Notes: a model not told the origin generated them from the sequence alone. A DNA stretch of 64,000 nt from Mucilaginibacter sp. (GCF_028288205.1 NZ_JAQBOD010000055.1:36434-100433); one strand, 5' to 3'; positions 9,083 through 19,363 are shown, counted from the first letter of the stretch. Numbers and translations: made by a program.

Positions 9083-9880
9083 ATGAAAAACCTAAATATC
9101 ATTAAAATTGGGGGAAATGTTATTGATAATTCAGAAAACCTGTATCATTTTTTAAAGGATTTTACAGCGTTGGATGGTTATAAGATATTGGTACACGGAG
9201 GTGGTAAGGTAGCTACACAATTAGCCGAAACATTAGGCATTGAAACCCAGCTGGTTGATGGCCGCAGAATAACTGATATTGAAACCCTGCGGGTAGTTAC
9301 CATGGTTTATGGGGGATTAATAAATAAGAATATTGTAGCGCAGTTGCAACGCTTTGGTACAAACGCCATTGGGCTTACAGGTGCCGATGGAAATTTTATC
9401 CGCACAAAAAAACGACCGGTAAAAACAATTGATTATGGATTTGTTGGCGATATAGATGAAAAATCAATTGATAGTAAAGGGTTAAGCAAATTAATGGAAG
9501 CAGGCTTCGCTCCTGCTTTTTGCGCACTAACACATGATGGCGAAGGACAACTCTTAAATACTAATGCAGATACAATAGCGTCGGCGTTAGCTGTTGCCTT
9601 ATCTGACTTATTTGAAACCACATTGATATACTGTTTCGAAAAGAAAGGTGTACTAATGGATATAAATGATGACGATTCTATAATAAGGGATATTAACCCC
9701 GCCCGTTATGAAGAATTAAAAAAACGGCAGATCATACATAGCGGTATGTTGCCCAAATTAGACAATGCATTTACGGCGATAGCATGCGGTGTTAAAGCCG
9801 TAGTTATTGGCCACAGTAATGATTTAGGAGAGCTAAAACAAAACAAAACATTTGGCACACGTTTAAGTAAAGATATATGA
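9083..9880 (+). CDS. argB: Acetylglutamate kinase
   Basis: 265 aa. IKIGGN, VHGGG and NTNAD motifs. Its stop overlaps the proC start (ATGA). Confidence 0.9.
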   Translation: MKNLNIIKIGGNVIDNSENLYHFLKDFTALDGYKILVHGGGKVATQLAETLGIETQLVDGRRITDIETLRVVTMVYGGLINKNIVAQLQRFGTNAIGLTGADGNFIRTKKRPVKTIDYGFVGDIDEKSIDSKGLSKLMEAGFAPAFCALTHDGEGQLLNTNADTIASALAVALSDLFETTLIYCFEKKGVLMDINDDDSIIRDINPARYEELKKRQIIHSGMLPKLDNAFTAIACGVKAVVIGHSNDLGELKQNKTFGTRLSKDI

Positions 9881-10695
9881 ACATGCAACAACATATTGCC
9901 ATATTAGGCAGCGGTAATATTGGTTTATCGTTAGCAAAGGGATTGGTAAAAGCCGGTATTTTTAAACCCCAGCAAATTACCCTTACACGCAGAAATTTAG
10001 ATGCATTAGCTGATTATGCAGAACTGGGTTATCAAATCACAAATAACAATGCTAAGGCTGCAAAAAAGGCCGATATTGTAATATTGGCTGTATTACCTCA
10101 ACAGTTAAATAAATTACTGGATGAAATAAAACCTGGTATTAAATCAGAAAAACAGTTGCTTGTTTCTGTAATATCAGGTGTAAGTTGTGAAGAGATACGC
10201 CAACACCTTGAAGTGAACATACAGGTTGTGCGTGCTATGCCAAATACGGCTATAGCTATTGGCGATTCTATGACTTGTATTGCTACCGATAATGGGACCA
10301 ATAAGAATATCACACTGGTAAGGTCACTATTTGATACAGTAGGTGTAAGTATTATTATTAATGAAGAATTAATGACTGCCGCAACTGCATTGTGTGCCTG
10401 CGGTATAGCATTTTTCCTGCGTTCTATACGTGCCGCATCGCAAGGCGGAACTGAGATTGGTTTTCATGCCCATGATGCCCTTAAAATGGCCGCGCAAACC
10501 GCTAAAGGAGCGGCTAACCTGCTGCTGCAGTTAAATTCACACCCTGAACAGGAAATTGATAAAGTAACATCACCTAAGGGTTGTACCATAGCCGGATTAA
10601 ATGAAATGGAGCATAATGGCTTCAGTTCTGCTATGATAAAAGGTATAAAATTATCTGCTGAAAAAGCAGGTGATCTGTATAAGAGTGAAAGCTAA
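9877..10695 (+). CDS. proC: Pyrroline-5-carboxylate reductase
   Basis: 272 aa. ILGSGNIG, VRAMPNT and the SPKGCT motif. Confidence 0.9.
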   Translation: MNMQQHIAILGSGNIGLSLAKGLVKAGIFKPQQITLTRRNLDALADYAELGYQITNNNAKAAKKADIVILAVLPQQLNKLLDEIKPGIKSEKQLLVSVISGVSCEEIRQHLEVNIQVVRAMPNTAIAIGDSMTCIATDNGTNKNITLVRSLFDTVGVSIIINEELMTAATALCACGIAFFLRSIRAASQGGTEIGFHAHDALKMAAQTAKGAANLLLQLNSHPEQEIDKVTSPKGCTIAGLNEMEHNGFSSAMIKGIKLSAEKAGDLYKSES

Positions 10696-10704
10696 TCTTT
10701 AGAA

Positions 10705-10785
10705 AACCTTACGAAGTTTTTAAACGGCGAAGCCCTCAATGAGGCCTTTAAAAACAAACACTACCGAATTAAACTTCGTAAGGTT
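10705..10785. repeat. REP-like palindrome, family F (AACCTTACGAAGTTT ... AAACTTCGTAAGGTT)
   Basis: Perfect 15-bp arms at 10705-10719 and 10771-10785, with an inner TTTTTAAA.GG.. hairpin. Located between convergent genes. Confidence 0.85.
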
Positions 10786-10791
10786 AATATA

Positions 10792-11253
10792 TTATTGAGC
10801 CGGCGGCACATCATTTGGCGGCATCAACTTGTAAGCAGATCTTGCCAATAGTAACCATTTCCCGTTTACTTTTTTCCATACCTGCATTACACCTAAGGCT
10901 GTTTTTGCAGCATCTTTTCCAACATTTTTAATATCGCCATAAAGCCGGTGTGTTACAGTTGCAGTATTGCCGCTAACATGTATCTCCTGTTTGGTAATTA
11001 TAATTTTGGTAAAGGTCCATGTTTTAGTAGCTAATGAATCAACGAAACCAGACCTGGTTTGTATAACATCCATAGAATGTGCATAATGGAGGTCGGGCAG
11101 GGTAAGGCTGTTAAGCGCAGCCCTGTCGCCCGCAATCATGGCTTTGCGCAGCGCCTCAATTTGTTTTGCTACGGCTTTCTGATCAGCGCTTTGCGCAAAA
11201 GCTGTTACAGTAAATAACGAAAGAATCAATAATAATCCTGTTAACTTTTTCAT
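10792..11253 (-). CDS. Secreted NTF2/SnoaL-like (DUF4440-type) protein
   Basis: 153 aa. Signal peptide MKKLTGLLLILSLFTVTAFA and an NTF2-like size and pattern. Confidence 0.55.
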   Translation of the reverse strand: MKKLTGLLLILSLFTVTAFAQSADQKAVAKQIEALRKAMIAGDRAALNSLTLPDLHYAHSMDVIQTRSGFVDSLATKTWTFTKIIITKQEIHVSGNTATVTHRLYGDIKNVGKDAAKTALGVMQVWKKVNGKWLLLARSAYKLMPPNDVPPAQ

Positions 11254-11353
11254 GTGGTTTATTGGGTTTATAATAATAAACGAAAGTAATTCGATGCAGG
11301 CAGATATACAAGTTAATGAAGTATTTTCATTACTATCCCATCAAATAAGTTAC

Positions 11354-12043
11354 TTACTCCAGGTAATAATGCCGTATCCTGTTTAACCCTTCGTCCAGCT
11401 CATATACACATGGTACAGCTGTTGGTATTTCAAGGGCGGTAACATCTTTATCAGAAAGATTATCTATATATTTAATTAATGCCCGTAAACTATTGCCATG
11501 CGCACAAATAATTACCTTTTCATTTTTACGAATTGCGGGTATGATGGTCTCATTCCAAAAGGGTAATACCCTATCCATCGTTTGGCTTAAATTTTCTGTT
11601 AGTGGTAATTCGCGTTCGGTAAGGTCCTCATATCGTATATCATGGCCCGGGTAACGCTTATCTTCTTTGGTAATAGATGGTGGAGCTTCATTCGGATCCC
11701 TGCGCCATTTTTGTACCTGTTCTATGCCATACTTTCCCACTGCTTCATCTTTATTTATTCCTTGTAAAGCACCATAAAAACGCTCATTAAGCCGCCATGA
11801 TTTTTCAACAGGTATCCATAAATGATCAAGTTCTTCTAATACTATATGCAGGGTTTTTATAGATCGCTTTAGCAATGAAGTAAATCCAATATCAAAATTA
11901 TAATCATACTTTTTTAATAACTGCCCTGCCCTTTTAGCTTGCTGATAGCCCTCATCCGAAAGATCAACATCTGTCCATCCCGTAAACCTGTTTTCCCGGT
12001 TCCAAACACTTTCACCGTGGCGTATTAATACTAATTTTTGCAT
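11354..12043 (-). CDS. gpmA: 2,3-bisphosphoglycerate-dependent phosphoglycerate mutase
   Basis: 229 aa. [18 protein letters not shown] catalytic motif and AHGNSLRAL. Confidence 0.93.
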   Translation of the reverse strand: MQKLVLIRHGESVWNRENRFTGWTDVDLSDEGYQQAKRAGQLLKKYDYNFDIGFTSLLKRSIKTLHIVLEELDHLWIPVEKSWRLNERFYGALQGINKDEAVGKYGIEQVQKWRRDPNEAPPSITKEDKRYPGHDIRYEDLTERELPLTENLSQTMDRVLPFWNETIIPAIRKNEKVIICAHGNSLRALIKYIDNLSDKDVTALEIPTAVPCVYELDEGLNRIRHYYLE

Positions 12044-12144
12044 GGTTGTGGCTTAAATATAAAGTTATTAATCTGCTTTTAATATTTGCAAATGATTATA
12101 AATCATTTAAATTGCATCATAAACCATTAAAACCAAATCATTTT

Positions 12145-12729
12145 ATGACAACAATTGCTCCTGTTAAGGATGGCATAGCCAATCCTGCACCACTTGGCTT
12201 ATGCGCTTTTGGTATAACAACCGTTCTGTTAAATATTCACAATGCCGGATTTTTCGAAATAAATTCCATGATACTGGCAATGGGCATTTTTTATGGCGGC
12301 CTGGCACAAGTGATTGCTGGTATTATTGAAGCTAAAAAAAATAACACTTTTGGTTTAACAGCTTTTACATCCTATGGGTTTTTCTGGCTATCGCTTGTAG
12401 GATTAATTGTATTACCAAAGTTAGGATGGGTTGCGGCTCCGGCGGGTTCTGCCATGGTTGCTTACCTGGCAATGTGGGGTTTGTTTACCTTTTGTCTATT
12501 TTTTGGTACACTAAAATTAAATCGCGCATTACAATTTGTTTTTGGTTCACTTACCATTTTATTTGCATTACTGGCTATTGGCGATGCCACTGAAAATAAA
12601 AACATTACACATTTAGCCGGATATGAAGGTATAATTTGCGGCGCATCGGCAATTTATACAGGTATTGCCCAGGTACTAAATGAAGTTTATGGAAAAACGG
12701 TGTTGCCAATTGGCCCGGTAAATAGCTAA
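12145..12729 (+). CDS. Acetate/succinate uptake transporter, GPR1/FUN34/YaaH (SatP) family
   Basis: NPAPLGL signature near the N-terminus and six hydrophobic segments. Start moved from the track start 12046 to ATG 12145. Confidence 0.8.
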   Translation: MTTIAPVKDGIANPAPLGLCAFGITTVLLNIHNAGFFEINSMILAMGIFYGGLAQVIAGIIEAKKNNTFGLTAFTSYGFFWLSLVGLIVLPKLGWVAAPAGSAMVAYLAMWGLFTFCLFFGTLKLNRALQFVFGSLTILFALLAIGDATENKNITHLAGYEGIICGASAIYTGIAQVLNEVYGKTVLPIGPVNS

Positions 12730-12738
12730 ATTGCGCAA

Positions 12739-13119
12739 GTGAAAGATTTTAAAAAATATTATATAATTCCGGCTACTCCGGATGAAGTTTATATGGCGCT
12801 TACCAATCCGCTTACTATTGAGTTATGGACGGGTGACACTGCAGAAATGTCGACGGAACCCGGCTCTGAGTTTTCTATGTGGGATGGGAGTATTATTGGC
12901 AAGAACCTTGAGTTTGATCCCGGTAAAAAAATAGTTCAGCAATGGTATTTTGATGGACAGACAGAAGAATCTATTGTAACCATCAAACTGCATCCTGATA
13001 AAGGAGGCACATCGGCAGAATTAAGACATACTAATATTCCCGATTCTGGATATGATGATTTTGTTGATGGCTGGAACAATAGCTACTTTGGCGCTTTAAT
13101 AGATTTTTATGAAGGGTAA
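12739..13119 (+). CDS. SRPBCC/Aha1-domain protein
   Basis: 126 aa with a GTG start. The pattern I.A.P.EVY.ALTNP...W.G is typical of the AHSA1 family. Confidence 0.6.
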   Translation: MKDFKKYYIIPATPDEVYMALTNPLTIELWTGDTAEMSTEPGSEFSMWDGSIIGKNLEFDPGKKIVQQWYFDGQTEESIVTIKLHPDKGGTSAELRHTNIPDSGYDDFVDGWNNSYFGALIDFYEG

Positions 13120-13135
13120 TTAAAATCATTAATAG

Positions 13136-13165
13136 AAAAAGCCGCTCAAAATTGAGCGGCTTTTT
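13136..13165. terminator. Bidirectional intrinsic terminator
   Basis: AAAAA-GCCGCTCA-AAAT-TGAGCGGC-TTTTT. 8-bp GC-rich stem flanked by an A5 run and a T5 run, between convergent genes. Confidence 0.8.
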
Positions 13166-13206
13166 CTATTGTATAAAGACACGAAATTGCACTTATGTAT
13201 TAGATA

Positions 13207-14589
13207 TTAGAATAATGTAAACTCTACACGACGGTTCATTTGACGACCTTTTGCAGTTTTGTTAGTTGCAATTGGTTGTGTTTCTCCATAACCTGTAGCT
13301 TCTATGCTTGACGGATTAGCGCCTTTACTTACTAAAAAAGCTTTAACAGATTCCGCGCGATTTTTAGACAACCTTAAGTTAAAATCGTTCGAACCTACAT
13401 TATCTGTATGTCCGGCCAATTTTAGGCTAAAGTTCTTGTCAATTAATAATTGAGCAACCCTACTTAAGCTTGGGAATGAATGCGCACGTATAGTAGATTT
13501 ACCGAAATCAAATTCAAGATTTCTGATAGCTTCTTTAACAATTTTCTTATCCTCTTCTGTTATATAAACTTTGACATCAGCTGGTTTTGCAGCTGCTACA
13601 GGTAACGGACAACCAGAGCCATCAACTTTAACACCTGCAGGCGTACCCGGGCATTTGTCAAAGAAATCTGGAACGCCATCACCATCGCTATCGGTAGTAA
13701 ATTTGGCCAAAGTTGCATTCATTGCATCCATATCTGCTCTTAATTTATCATTTGCAGCTTTTTGTGCATTAATTAATGCTTGCAGCCTTTGCTCCTCTGT
13801 CAAATACTCGTGACGTATTGAGGCGATGGGATTAGCCCATTGTATACTTGGTTTTGATTTTGCACCTAATGTAAATTCTAAACCTGCATAACCATAAGAG
13901 TAATGACTCGTAACAGGGTATTGATTAGCACCATTGAAGCTACTTCCATCAATAAAGTTTTCGTTATATCCCAGGTTTAAATTTACCGCATCAGTTAACC
14001 TGAATTTTACACCTACTCCAACAGGTAGAACAATGTTTGATGAGTTAAATGAAGCTGATTCAGTGGTTGGGATACCCGGGGTAGTTGCGCCATAAACAGT
14101 CGGCGTATAATAAACAACACCCAAACCGGCGCTCAGATAAAACCCAATAGCGTTTTTACGGCGCAAATAATCAACCGTAGCAAAGTTTAATACACCGCTT
14201 AGGGTTACTTGATTATATTTAGTACTGAAACTGGTGTAACGCTCTCCATATATATTAGTAACATAGGGCTGTTTTGAAGATACTCCCCCCTTTACCTTTC
14301 CACCATTATAATCAAGTTGCAGGCCGAATGAATGTACCAGTTGATCCCTTATTGACAGGCCATAGCCTAATGTAGGGTCCCAGTGATTAAAACCATTATG
14401 TCCGCCTGTAGCAAGCAAAAGTGATGGAGCACCAATGTTAGCACCTATTGACCAGGTGCGGTATGAGCCAATGCCTGAAAATGGCTTTACATACTCTCTA
14501 CTACTTACAGAGTCGGTTTGGGCAAATACACTGCCGCCTAACAGAACTCCTGTTAATAAGAGGGCGGCTTTTTTTAAATTTTTTTTCAT
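13207..14589 (-). CDS. OmpA-family outer-membrane protein with a thrombospondin type-3 repeat
   Basis: 460 aa. Signal peptide, beta-barrel-like N-terminal half, DSDGDGVPDFFDKCP, and a C-terminal OmpA domain (GHTD..G....N..LS..RA..V, NRRVEF). Confidence 0.88.
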   Translation of the reverse strand: MKKNLKKAALLLTGVLLGGSVFAQTDSVSSREYVKPFSGIGSYRTWSIGANIGAPSLLLATGGHNGFNHWDPTLGYGLSIRDQLVHSFGLQLDYNGGKVKGGVSSKQPYVTNIYGERYTSFSTKYNQVTLSGVLNFATVDYLRRKNAIGFYLSAGLGVVYYTPTVYGATTPGIPTTESASFNSSNIVLPVGVGVKFRLTDAVNLNLGYNENFIDGSSFNGANQYPVTSHYSYGYAGLEFTLGAKSKPSIQWANPIASIRHEYLTEEQRLQALINAQKAANDKLRADMDAMNATLAKFTTDSDGDGVPDFFDKCPGTPAGVKVDGSGCPLPVAAAKPADVKVYITEEDKKIVKEAIRNLEFDFGKSTIRAHSFPSLSRVAQLLIDKNFSLKLAGHTDNVGSNDFNLRLSKNRAESVKAFLVSKGANPSSIEATGYGETQPIATNKTAKGRQMNRRVEFTLF

Positions 14590-14886
14590 GATTGTTGTTT
14601 TAGTTGATCTGCCTTAAATAAGACAGATGTTAACTGGCTTTAGGCAACATTAGTGCCATACACAAAAACGCAATTCAACTTACTTAAATTAATAAATACA
14701 CTGAACTTAAAAACAATAAGTTATATATTGAAAATGGAGTATAAAATAATTATCAAATGATATAAATCACTTGATAATATTTTAAATGAATAACAAATGA
14801 CCTGTTTGAGGGATTAAAGGTTATGAGTTTAAAACTATACAGTTTTGTAATGATATGGGGATAGTTTTAAAAAGTACAGGTTTTAA

Positions 14887-16074
14887 TTAACCTGCGCTTT
14901 TTTCTAATGCCTGGATAATATCTGCAATAATATCCTCTGCTTTTTCTAAACCGGCAGAAATACGAATTAGCCCGGGTGTAATACCAACGCTTAATCTTTC
15001 TGCATCGGTTAACCTGGAGTGCGTGGTACTTGCCGGGTGTGATGCAATGCTGCGTGTATCGCCAAGATTAGCTGTCACCGAAAGCATTTCTAAAGCGTCT
15101 AAAAATTTACGGCCCGCTTCCAGTCCGCCTTTTATTTCCATGCAAAACACACCGCCGCCTAATTTCATTTGTTTTTTAGCTATAGCGTATTGCGGATGCC
15201 CTTCCAGGAAAGGATATTTTACCCACGAAACGTTAGGATGCTTTTGCAAGGTTTCGGCAACCTTAAGCGCATTTTCACAATGGCGTTGCATACGTACATC
15301 AAGCGTTTCTAAGCTTTTGCTTAATACCCAGGCATTAAAAGGTGACATAGCCGGGCCGGTGTTACGGCAAAACAGGTAAATTTCTTTTATCAGATCTTTG
15401 CGCCCAACAATTATACCACCAAGCACCCTACCCTGTCCGTCTATCCATTTGGTTGCAGAATGTATTACCAGGTCCGCGCCGTATTCAATGGGTTTTTGCA
15501 GTAATGGTGTTGCAAAACAATTATCTACACTTAATATAAGGTTATGCTTTTTGGCAAATTTATTTGACCACTCCAAATCCAATACCTCTAATTGCGGGTT
15601 GGTTGGGGTTTCCAGGTAAATCATTTTTGTATTTGGCTGTACAGCTGCTTCCCATGCCGCTTCGTCGCCGGCAGGCACTAACGTGCAGGTAATACCATAA
15701 CGGGGCAGGTATTTGGTAACCAGGGTATAAGTGCTCCCAAAAACAGAGCTGCAGCTTATTATATGATCGCCTTGCTTAAGCAGCGCAAAGAACGCACCGA
15801 ATATGGCACTCATTCCGGTAGATGTTGCAAAACCATCTTCTGCGCCTTCAAGGGCACACATCTTATCTATAAACTCGTCTACATTAGGATTGCTGAAACG
15901 ACTGTATATATTATCATCAGTTTCATCAGCAAATGCGGCGCGCATAGCTTCCGCTTCTTCAAATATAAAGCTGCTGGTTAAATATAAGGGTGTAGAATGT
16001 TCGCGCTGCTGCGTTCTTTCTGTTTGAATGCGTATAGCCTGGCTTATCGGATCTAATTTAGATGTAGATGACAT
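14887..16074 (-). CDS. O-succinyl/O-acetyl-homoserine sulfhydrylase (Cys/Met-metabolism PLP enzyme)
   Basis: PLP-lysine motif HSATKWIDG and family-typical LYLTSSF. Start set at ATG 16074 (MSSTSKLD) rather than the track start 16125. Confidence 0.85.
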   Translation of the reverse strand: MSSTSKLDPISQAIRIQTERTQQREHSTPLYLTSSFIFEEAEAMRAAFADETDDNIYSRFSNPNVDEFIDKMCALEGAEDGFATSTGMSAIFGAFFALLKQGDHIISCSSVFGSTYTLVTKYLPRYGITCTLVPAGDEAAWEAAVQPNTKMIYLETPTNPQLEVLDLEWSNKFAKKHNLILSVDNCFATPLLQKPIEYGADLVIHSATKWIDGQGRVLGGIIVGRKDLIKEIYLFCRNTGPAMSPFNAWVLSKSLETLDVRMQRHCENALKVAETLQKHPNVSWVKYPFLEGHPQYAIAKKQMKLGGGVFCMEIKGGLEAGRKFLDALEMLSVTANLGDTRSIASHPASTTHSRLTDAERLSVGITPGLIRISAGLEKAEDIIADIIQALEKSAG

Positions 16075-16094
16075 GATGTAAGATAGTTTTATAA

Positions 16095-16523
16095 TTATGC
16101 AGCAGGATGTACAAACACCTGCCATTTAATTTCGGCGCCTGCTTTATTTAAAGTGGCACCTACTGAACAATATTTATTAACTGATAATTCTGCTGCTTTT
16201 TTGGCTTTGTCAAGATCAATGTCGCCATATAAGTGAAATACGATATTAATTTCTTTCCATAAAGAAGGTTCTTTGCCTGCCTCGCGTTCGCCGTTGATCA
16301 CCATCTTATAATCCTTAACTTCCTGACGCTGTTTCTTTAATATAGCGATTACATCAATTGCAGAGCATCCGCCCAGGCCCATAAGCAGCATTTGCATTGG
16401 ACGCACGCCATAGTTTTGGCCCCCGCTTTCGGGGCTGCTATCCATATTAACGGTATGTCCGTTTTCATCGGTGGCGGCAAAGCCAAAATCGCCATGCACG
16501 CGCGAAAGTTGTATTGTAGGCAT
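16095..16523 (-). CDS. OsmC-family (peroxiredoxin-like) protein
   Basis: 142 aa. The P..LLL..LG.C...D and C-terminal KYCSV patterns are typical of OsmC/Ohr-like proteins. Confidence 0.75.
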   Translation of the reverse strand: MPTIQLSRVHGDFGFAATDENGHTVNMDSSPESGGQNYGVRPMQMLLMGLGGCSAIDVIAILKKQRQEVKDYKMVINGEREAGKEPSLWKEINIVFHLYGDIDLDKAKKAAELSVNKYCSVGATLNKAGAEIKWQVFVHPAA

Positions 16524-16627
16524 ATATTATTGTAACAAGTGCGCTAAGTTATAACTTTTGAGGGAGTAAATTTTGCTCTAAAATAACATTTCTGTAATTT
16601 TAAGAACATCTTATTGTAAAACCTGTC

Positions 16628-17104
16628 ATGAAAAACTTAGTATTAGCAGTGCTGCTTACCTGCTCAACCTGTGTATGTTTTGGTCAAAAAAGTTTAATCT
16701 CCTATGAAGATCTCAAATACATATTGCATAACAACCTACAAAGGGCCGATACCTTTTTGATGGCTAAGGGTTATACCCTCACACTAAAAAATACCAAAAC
16801 AAATAACAGGATATATACTCTGTCCATAAAGGGCGGCAGCCATGTAAATGTAAGCCTACGGGCGGATGGCAAGCGTTTGTTTATGGAACTGGAAACAAAC
16901 GCAATGGAGCAGTATGACTTGCTAAACAATTCTATATCACAGTATATCCACACAAAGGGGGCAATAGGTGATATACAAACATATGTTATAAAAAATCTTT
17001 GTGAGATCTATATAACTACCAATGATACTATGCCTTACGATCCGTTAAAGAAGGATTACGTTGTGCAGATAATATCTGATAAAAACATTACGGCTTATGA
17101 TTAA
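16628..17104 (+). CDS. Hypothetical secreted protein
   Basis: 158 aa. N-terminal signal-like MKNLVLAVLLTCSTCVCFG. No recognisable family. Confidence 0.5.
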   Translation: MKNLVLAVLLTCSTCVCFGQKSLISYEDLKYILHNNLQRADTFLMAKGYTLTLKNTKTNNRIYTLSIKGGSHVNVSLRADGKRLFMELETNAMEQYDLLNNSISQYIHTKGAIGDIQTYVIKNLCEIYITTNDTMPYDPLKKDYVVQIISDKNITAYD

Positions 17105-17520
17105 TATATCCGGTCTTTAACGGGTATAACTAATTTTAATCCCGACCATATTTCATCAACAGCACACACCTTTATATCAACCAATCCAATACTGATGGCG
17201 TAATTCCTGATATAGTCCTCTGTAATATCTGTTACCATTTTTGAGGCTTTTTTGGGCCACGATACCCAGATTATCCCATCCGGCTTAATTTGTGCTTTTA
17301 ATTGTGGAAGCAGGTAAACAAGTTCAGGCTCTTGTTTTGTAAAAAAATGAATAAGATCTTTTTTTACATCTTCATTCTTTGTAATCTTTATATCAATAGG
17401 AAGCTCGGTAAATAATTGGAAGTAATTTGGCGGCTCATTTATCAAACTTAGAGTATAACCAGCTTTAATACCCAATTTCTTAGCTAAGGGGGTCCCGGAG
17501 TAACCTGCAGATTGAGACAT
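17101..17520 (-). CDS. DUF3052-like protein
   Basis: 139 aa. GYSGTPLAKKLGIK start and the IWVSWPKK motif are typical of DUF3052. Confidence 0.55.
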   Translation of the reverse strand: MSQSAGYSGTPLAKKLGIKAGYTLSLINEPPNYFQLFTELPIDIKITKNEDVKKDLIHFFTKQEPELVYLLPQLKAQIKPDGIIWVSWPKKASKMVTDITEDYIRNYAISIGLVDIKVCAVDEIWSGLKLVIPVKDRIY

Positions 17521-17533
17521 ATCACTTGTTCAT

Positions 17534-18040
17534 TTAACTTAATACTTGTTTTAAATGGTGCCTTAAATGATCAACATAATCCTGCGCAAGCCACTCCACC
17601 GTATGTAGTTGAACTTCATTTTTATCATTATCACATTTGGCATTTAACCTATCAACCGGATAGTTTTTTAATACCCTGATAATTTGTTGATTAAGCAATT
17701 TCCACAGCGTTATTATATCATGTGTATCAACATCCTGATAGTGCTGCACCTTAACCCACTCTACCTGTTCATATATCAGCTTAAAATTTTCTTCGTAAGT
17801 ACAACGTACAAAACGTTGCAGGTTAATTTGTGCACTGTCAATTAAATGCCCAATAATCTCTTTTTTCGACCATTTATCAATTGTGGGTTTATAATTCCAA
17901 TTTATAGTTTGCCTGTCTACTTTTAGCACCTCATCAATTGTGTCACTTAATTTCAGAATAGTATCTTTCACTTTAATATTATTTATTTGAAGATAATTAA
18001 AATCATGAACATATTGTTCATCTGTAAAAATCAAAATCAT
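17534..18040 (-). CDS. DinB-family protein
   Basis: His-rich four-helix pattern (IGHLIDSA...; DHLRHHLKQ). The start is uncertain (track 18070; ATG 18040 preferred). Confidence 0.6.
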   Translation of the reverse strand: MILIFTDEQYVHDFNYLQINNIKVKDTILKLSDTIDEVLKVDRQTINWNYKPTIDKWSKKEIIGHLIDSAQINLQRFVRCTYEENFKLIYEQVEWVKVQHYQDVDTHDIITLWKLLNQQIIRVLKNYPVDRLNAKCDNDKNEVQLHTVEWLAQDYVDHLRHHLKQVLS

Positions 18041-18078
18041 TTGTATATTTTCACATCTGCATATTTGCAAATCAAACT

Positions 18079-19317
18079 ATGGCTTTAAATTATATCTGGA
18101 TATTATTTTTTGTAATTGCCTTTGTTATCGGCCTTATTAAGTTAATATTTTTTGGTGATACAGAAATTTTCAGGCTAATGGTAGAAGGCACGTTCGATTC
18201 TACCAAAGCATCTGTAATGGATATAGCATTGCCGTTGGTAGGCATCATGGCGTTTTACCTGGGCATGTTAAAAATTGCCGAAAAAGCCGGTGCAATAAAT
18301 TTCCTTTCGCGCCTGGTAGGTCCGTTTTTTAACCGCTTGTTTCCCGAAGTACCAAAAGATCACCCCGCTGTTGGGCAAATGATGATGAATTATGCAGCCA
18401 ATTTATTAGGTCTTGATAACGCTGCCACCCCTTTTGGCTTGAAAGCCATGAACGGCCTGCAAGAACTAAATAAGGATAAAGACACCGCGTCAAATGCGCA
18501 GATCATGTTTTTGGTGTTACATGCATCGGGGTTAACGCTTTTACCCATAGCTATTATAGCGCAGCGGGCCATCTATCATTCTAAAGACCCTACCGATATT
18601 TTTATCCCTTGCATTATAGCAACTTATGTTGCAACACTTGCCGGTTTAATAGTGGTAAGTATTAAACAAAAAATAAACCTGTTTGATAGGGTTATATTAA
18701 CCTGGCTGGGTGGTATAACCGCTTTTATAGGATTTGTAATTTGGTATTTCACGGTCTGGTTAACAAAAGCCCAGATAAGCGAAGTTTCAAAAGTATTTAG
18801 CAATTTAACTTTATTTGGTTTGCCTGTATTGTTTATTTTAGGCGGCGTAAGGAAGAAAATAAATGTATTTGAAACTTTTATTGAAGGTGCAAAAGAAAGC
18901 TTTGACATAGCTATAAAAATAATACCCTACCTGGTAGCTTTATTGGCAGCTGTAAGCATATTCAGAATTAGCGGAGCAGTTACCTATTTGGGCGATGGCT
19001 TTAAATGGGTATTTGGCCACTTTAACATAGATACCCGCTTTACTGATGTTTTGCCTATTGCTTTTTTGCGCCCGTTAAGCGGATCTGGGGCGCGTGCTAT
19101 GATGCTTGATAACCTAAAAACATTTGGTGCAGATAGCTTTACCGGGCATTTATCCAGTGTTTTATATGGTACTGCGGATACTACGTTTTACATTGTGGCA
19201 CTATACTTTGGTGCCGTTGGTATTAAAAAAACACGCTATGCCATACCTGCCATGTTGATAGCCGATTTTTTTGGAATAGTTACCGCTATTTTAATCTCTT
19301 ATCTTTTCTTTGGATAG
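18079..19317 (+). CDS. Nucleoside-recognition-domain membrane protein (SpmA/SpmB-like fusion)
   Basis: 412 aa polytopic protein. GLDNAATPFGLKAM and LRPLSGSGA motifs. Confidence 0.75.
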   Translation: MALNYIWILFFVIAFVIGLIKLIFFGDTEIFRLMVEGTFDSTKASVMDIALPLVGIMAFYLGMLKIAEKAGAINFLSRLVGPFFNRLFPEVPKDHPAVGQMMMNYAANLLGLDNAATPFGLKAMNGLQELNKDKDTASNAQIMFLVLHASGLTLLPIAIIAQRAIYHSKDPTDIFIPCIIATYVATLAGLIVVSIKQKINLFDRVILTWLGGITAFIGFVIWYFTVWLTKAQISEVSKVFSNLTLFGLPVLFILGGVRKKINVFETFIEGAKESFDIAIKIIPYLVALLAAVSIFRISGAVTYLGDGFKWVFGHFNIDTRFTDVLPIAFLRPLSGSGARAMMLDNLKTFGADSFTGHLSSVLYGTADTTFYIVALYFGAVGIKKTRYAIPAMLIADFFGIVTAILISYLFFG

Positions 19318-19330
19318 TTCTTTTTTATAT

Positions 19331-19363
19331 AAAAAAAGCAGGCTGGAATCACTTCCGGCCTGC
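19331..19363. terminator. Intrinsic terminator, strongest when read on the minus strand (after the TetR gene)
   Basis: AAAAAAA-GCAGGCTGGAA-TCAC-TTCCGGCCTGC. 11-bp stem. The A7 run gives a U7 tract on the minus strand. Confidence 0.7.

Noticed and set aside
12046-12144. N-terminal extensions of track ORFs (12046, 16125, 41315, 41383, 51532, 27780, 18070)
   Set aside because: The extensions encode non-conserved-looking sequence ahead of an internal Met that begins a typical signal peptide or family N-terminus. I used the internal starts instead.
16524-16627. SAM or other riboswitch upstream of the OsmC / homoserine sulfhydrylase pair
   Set aside because: The 104-nt leader shows none of the conserved SAM-I/II cores I can recall and has no obvious multi-stem structure.
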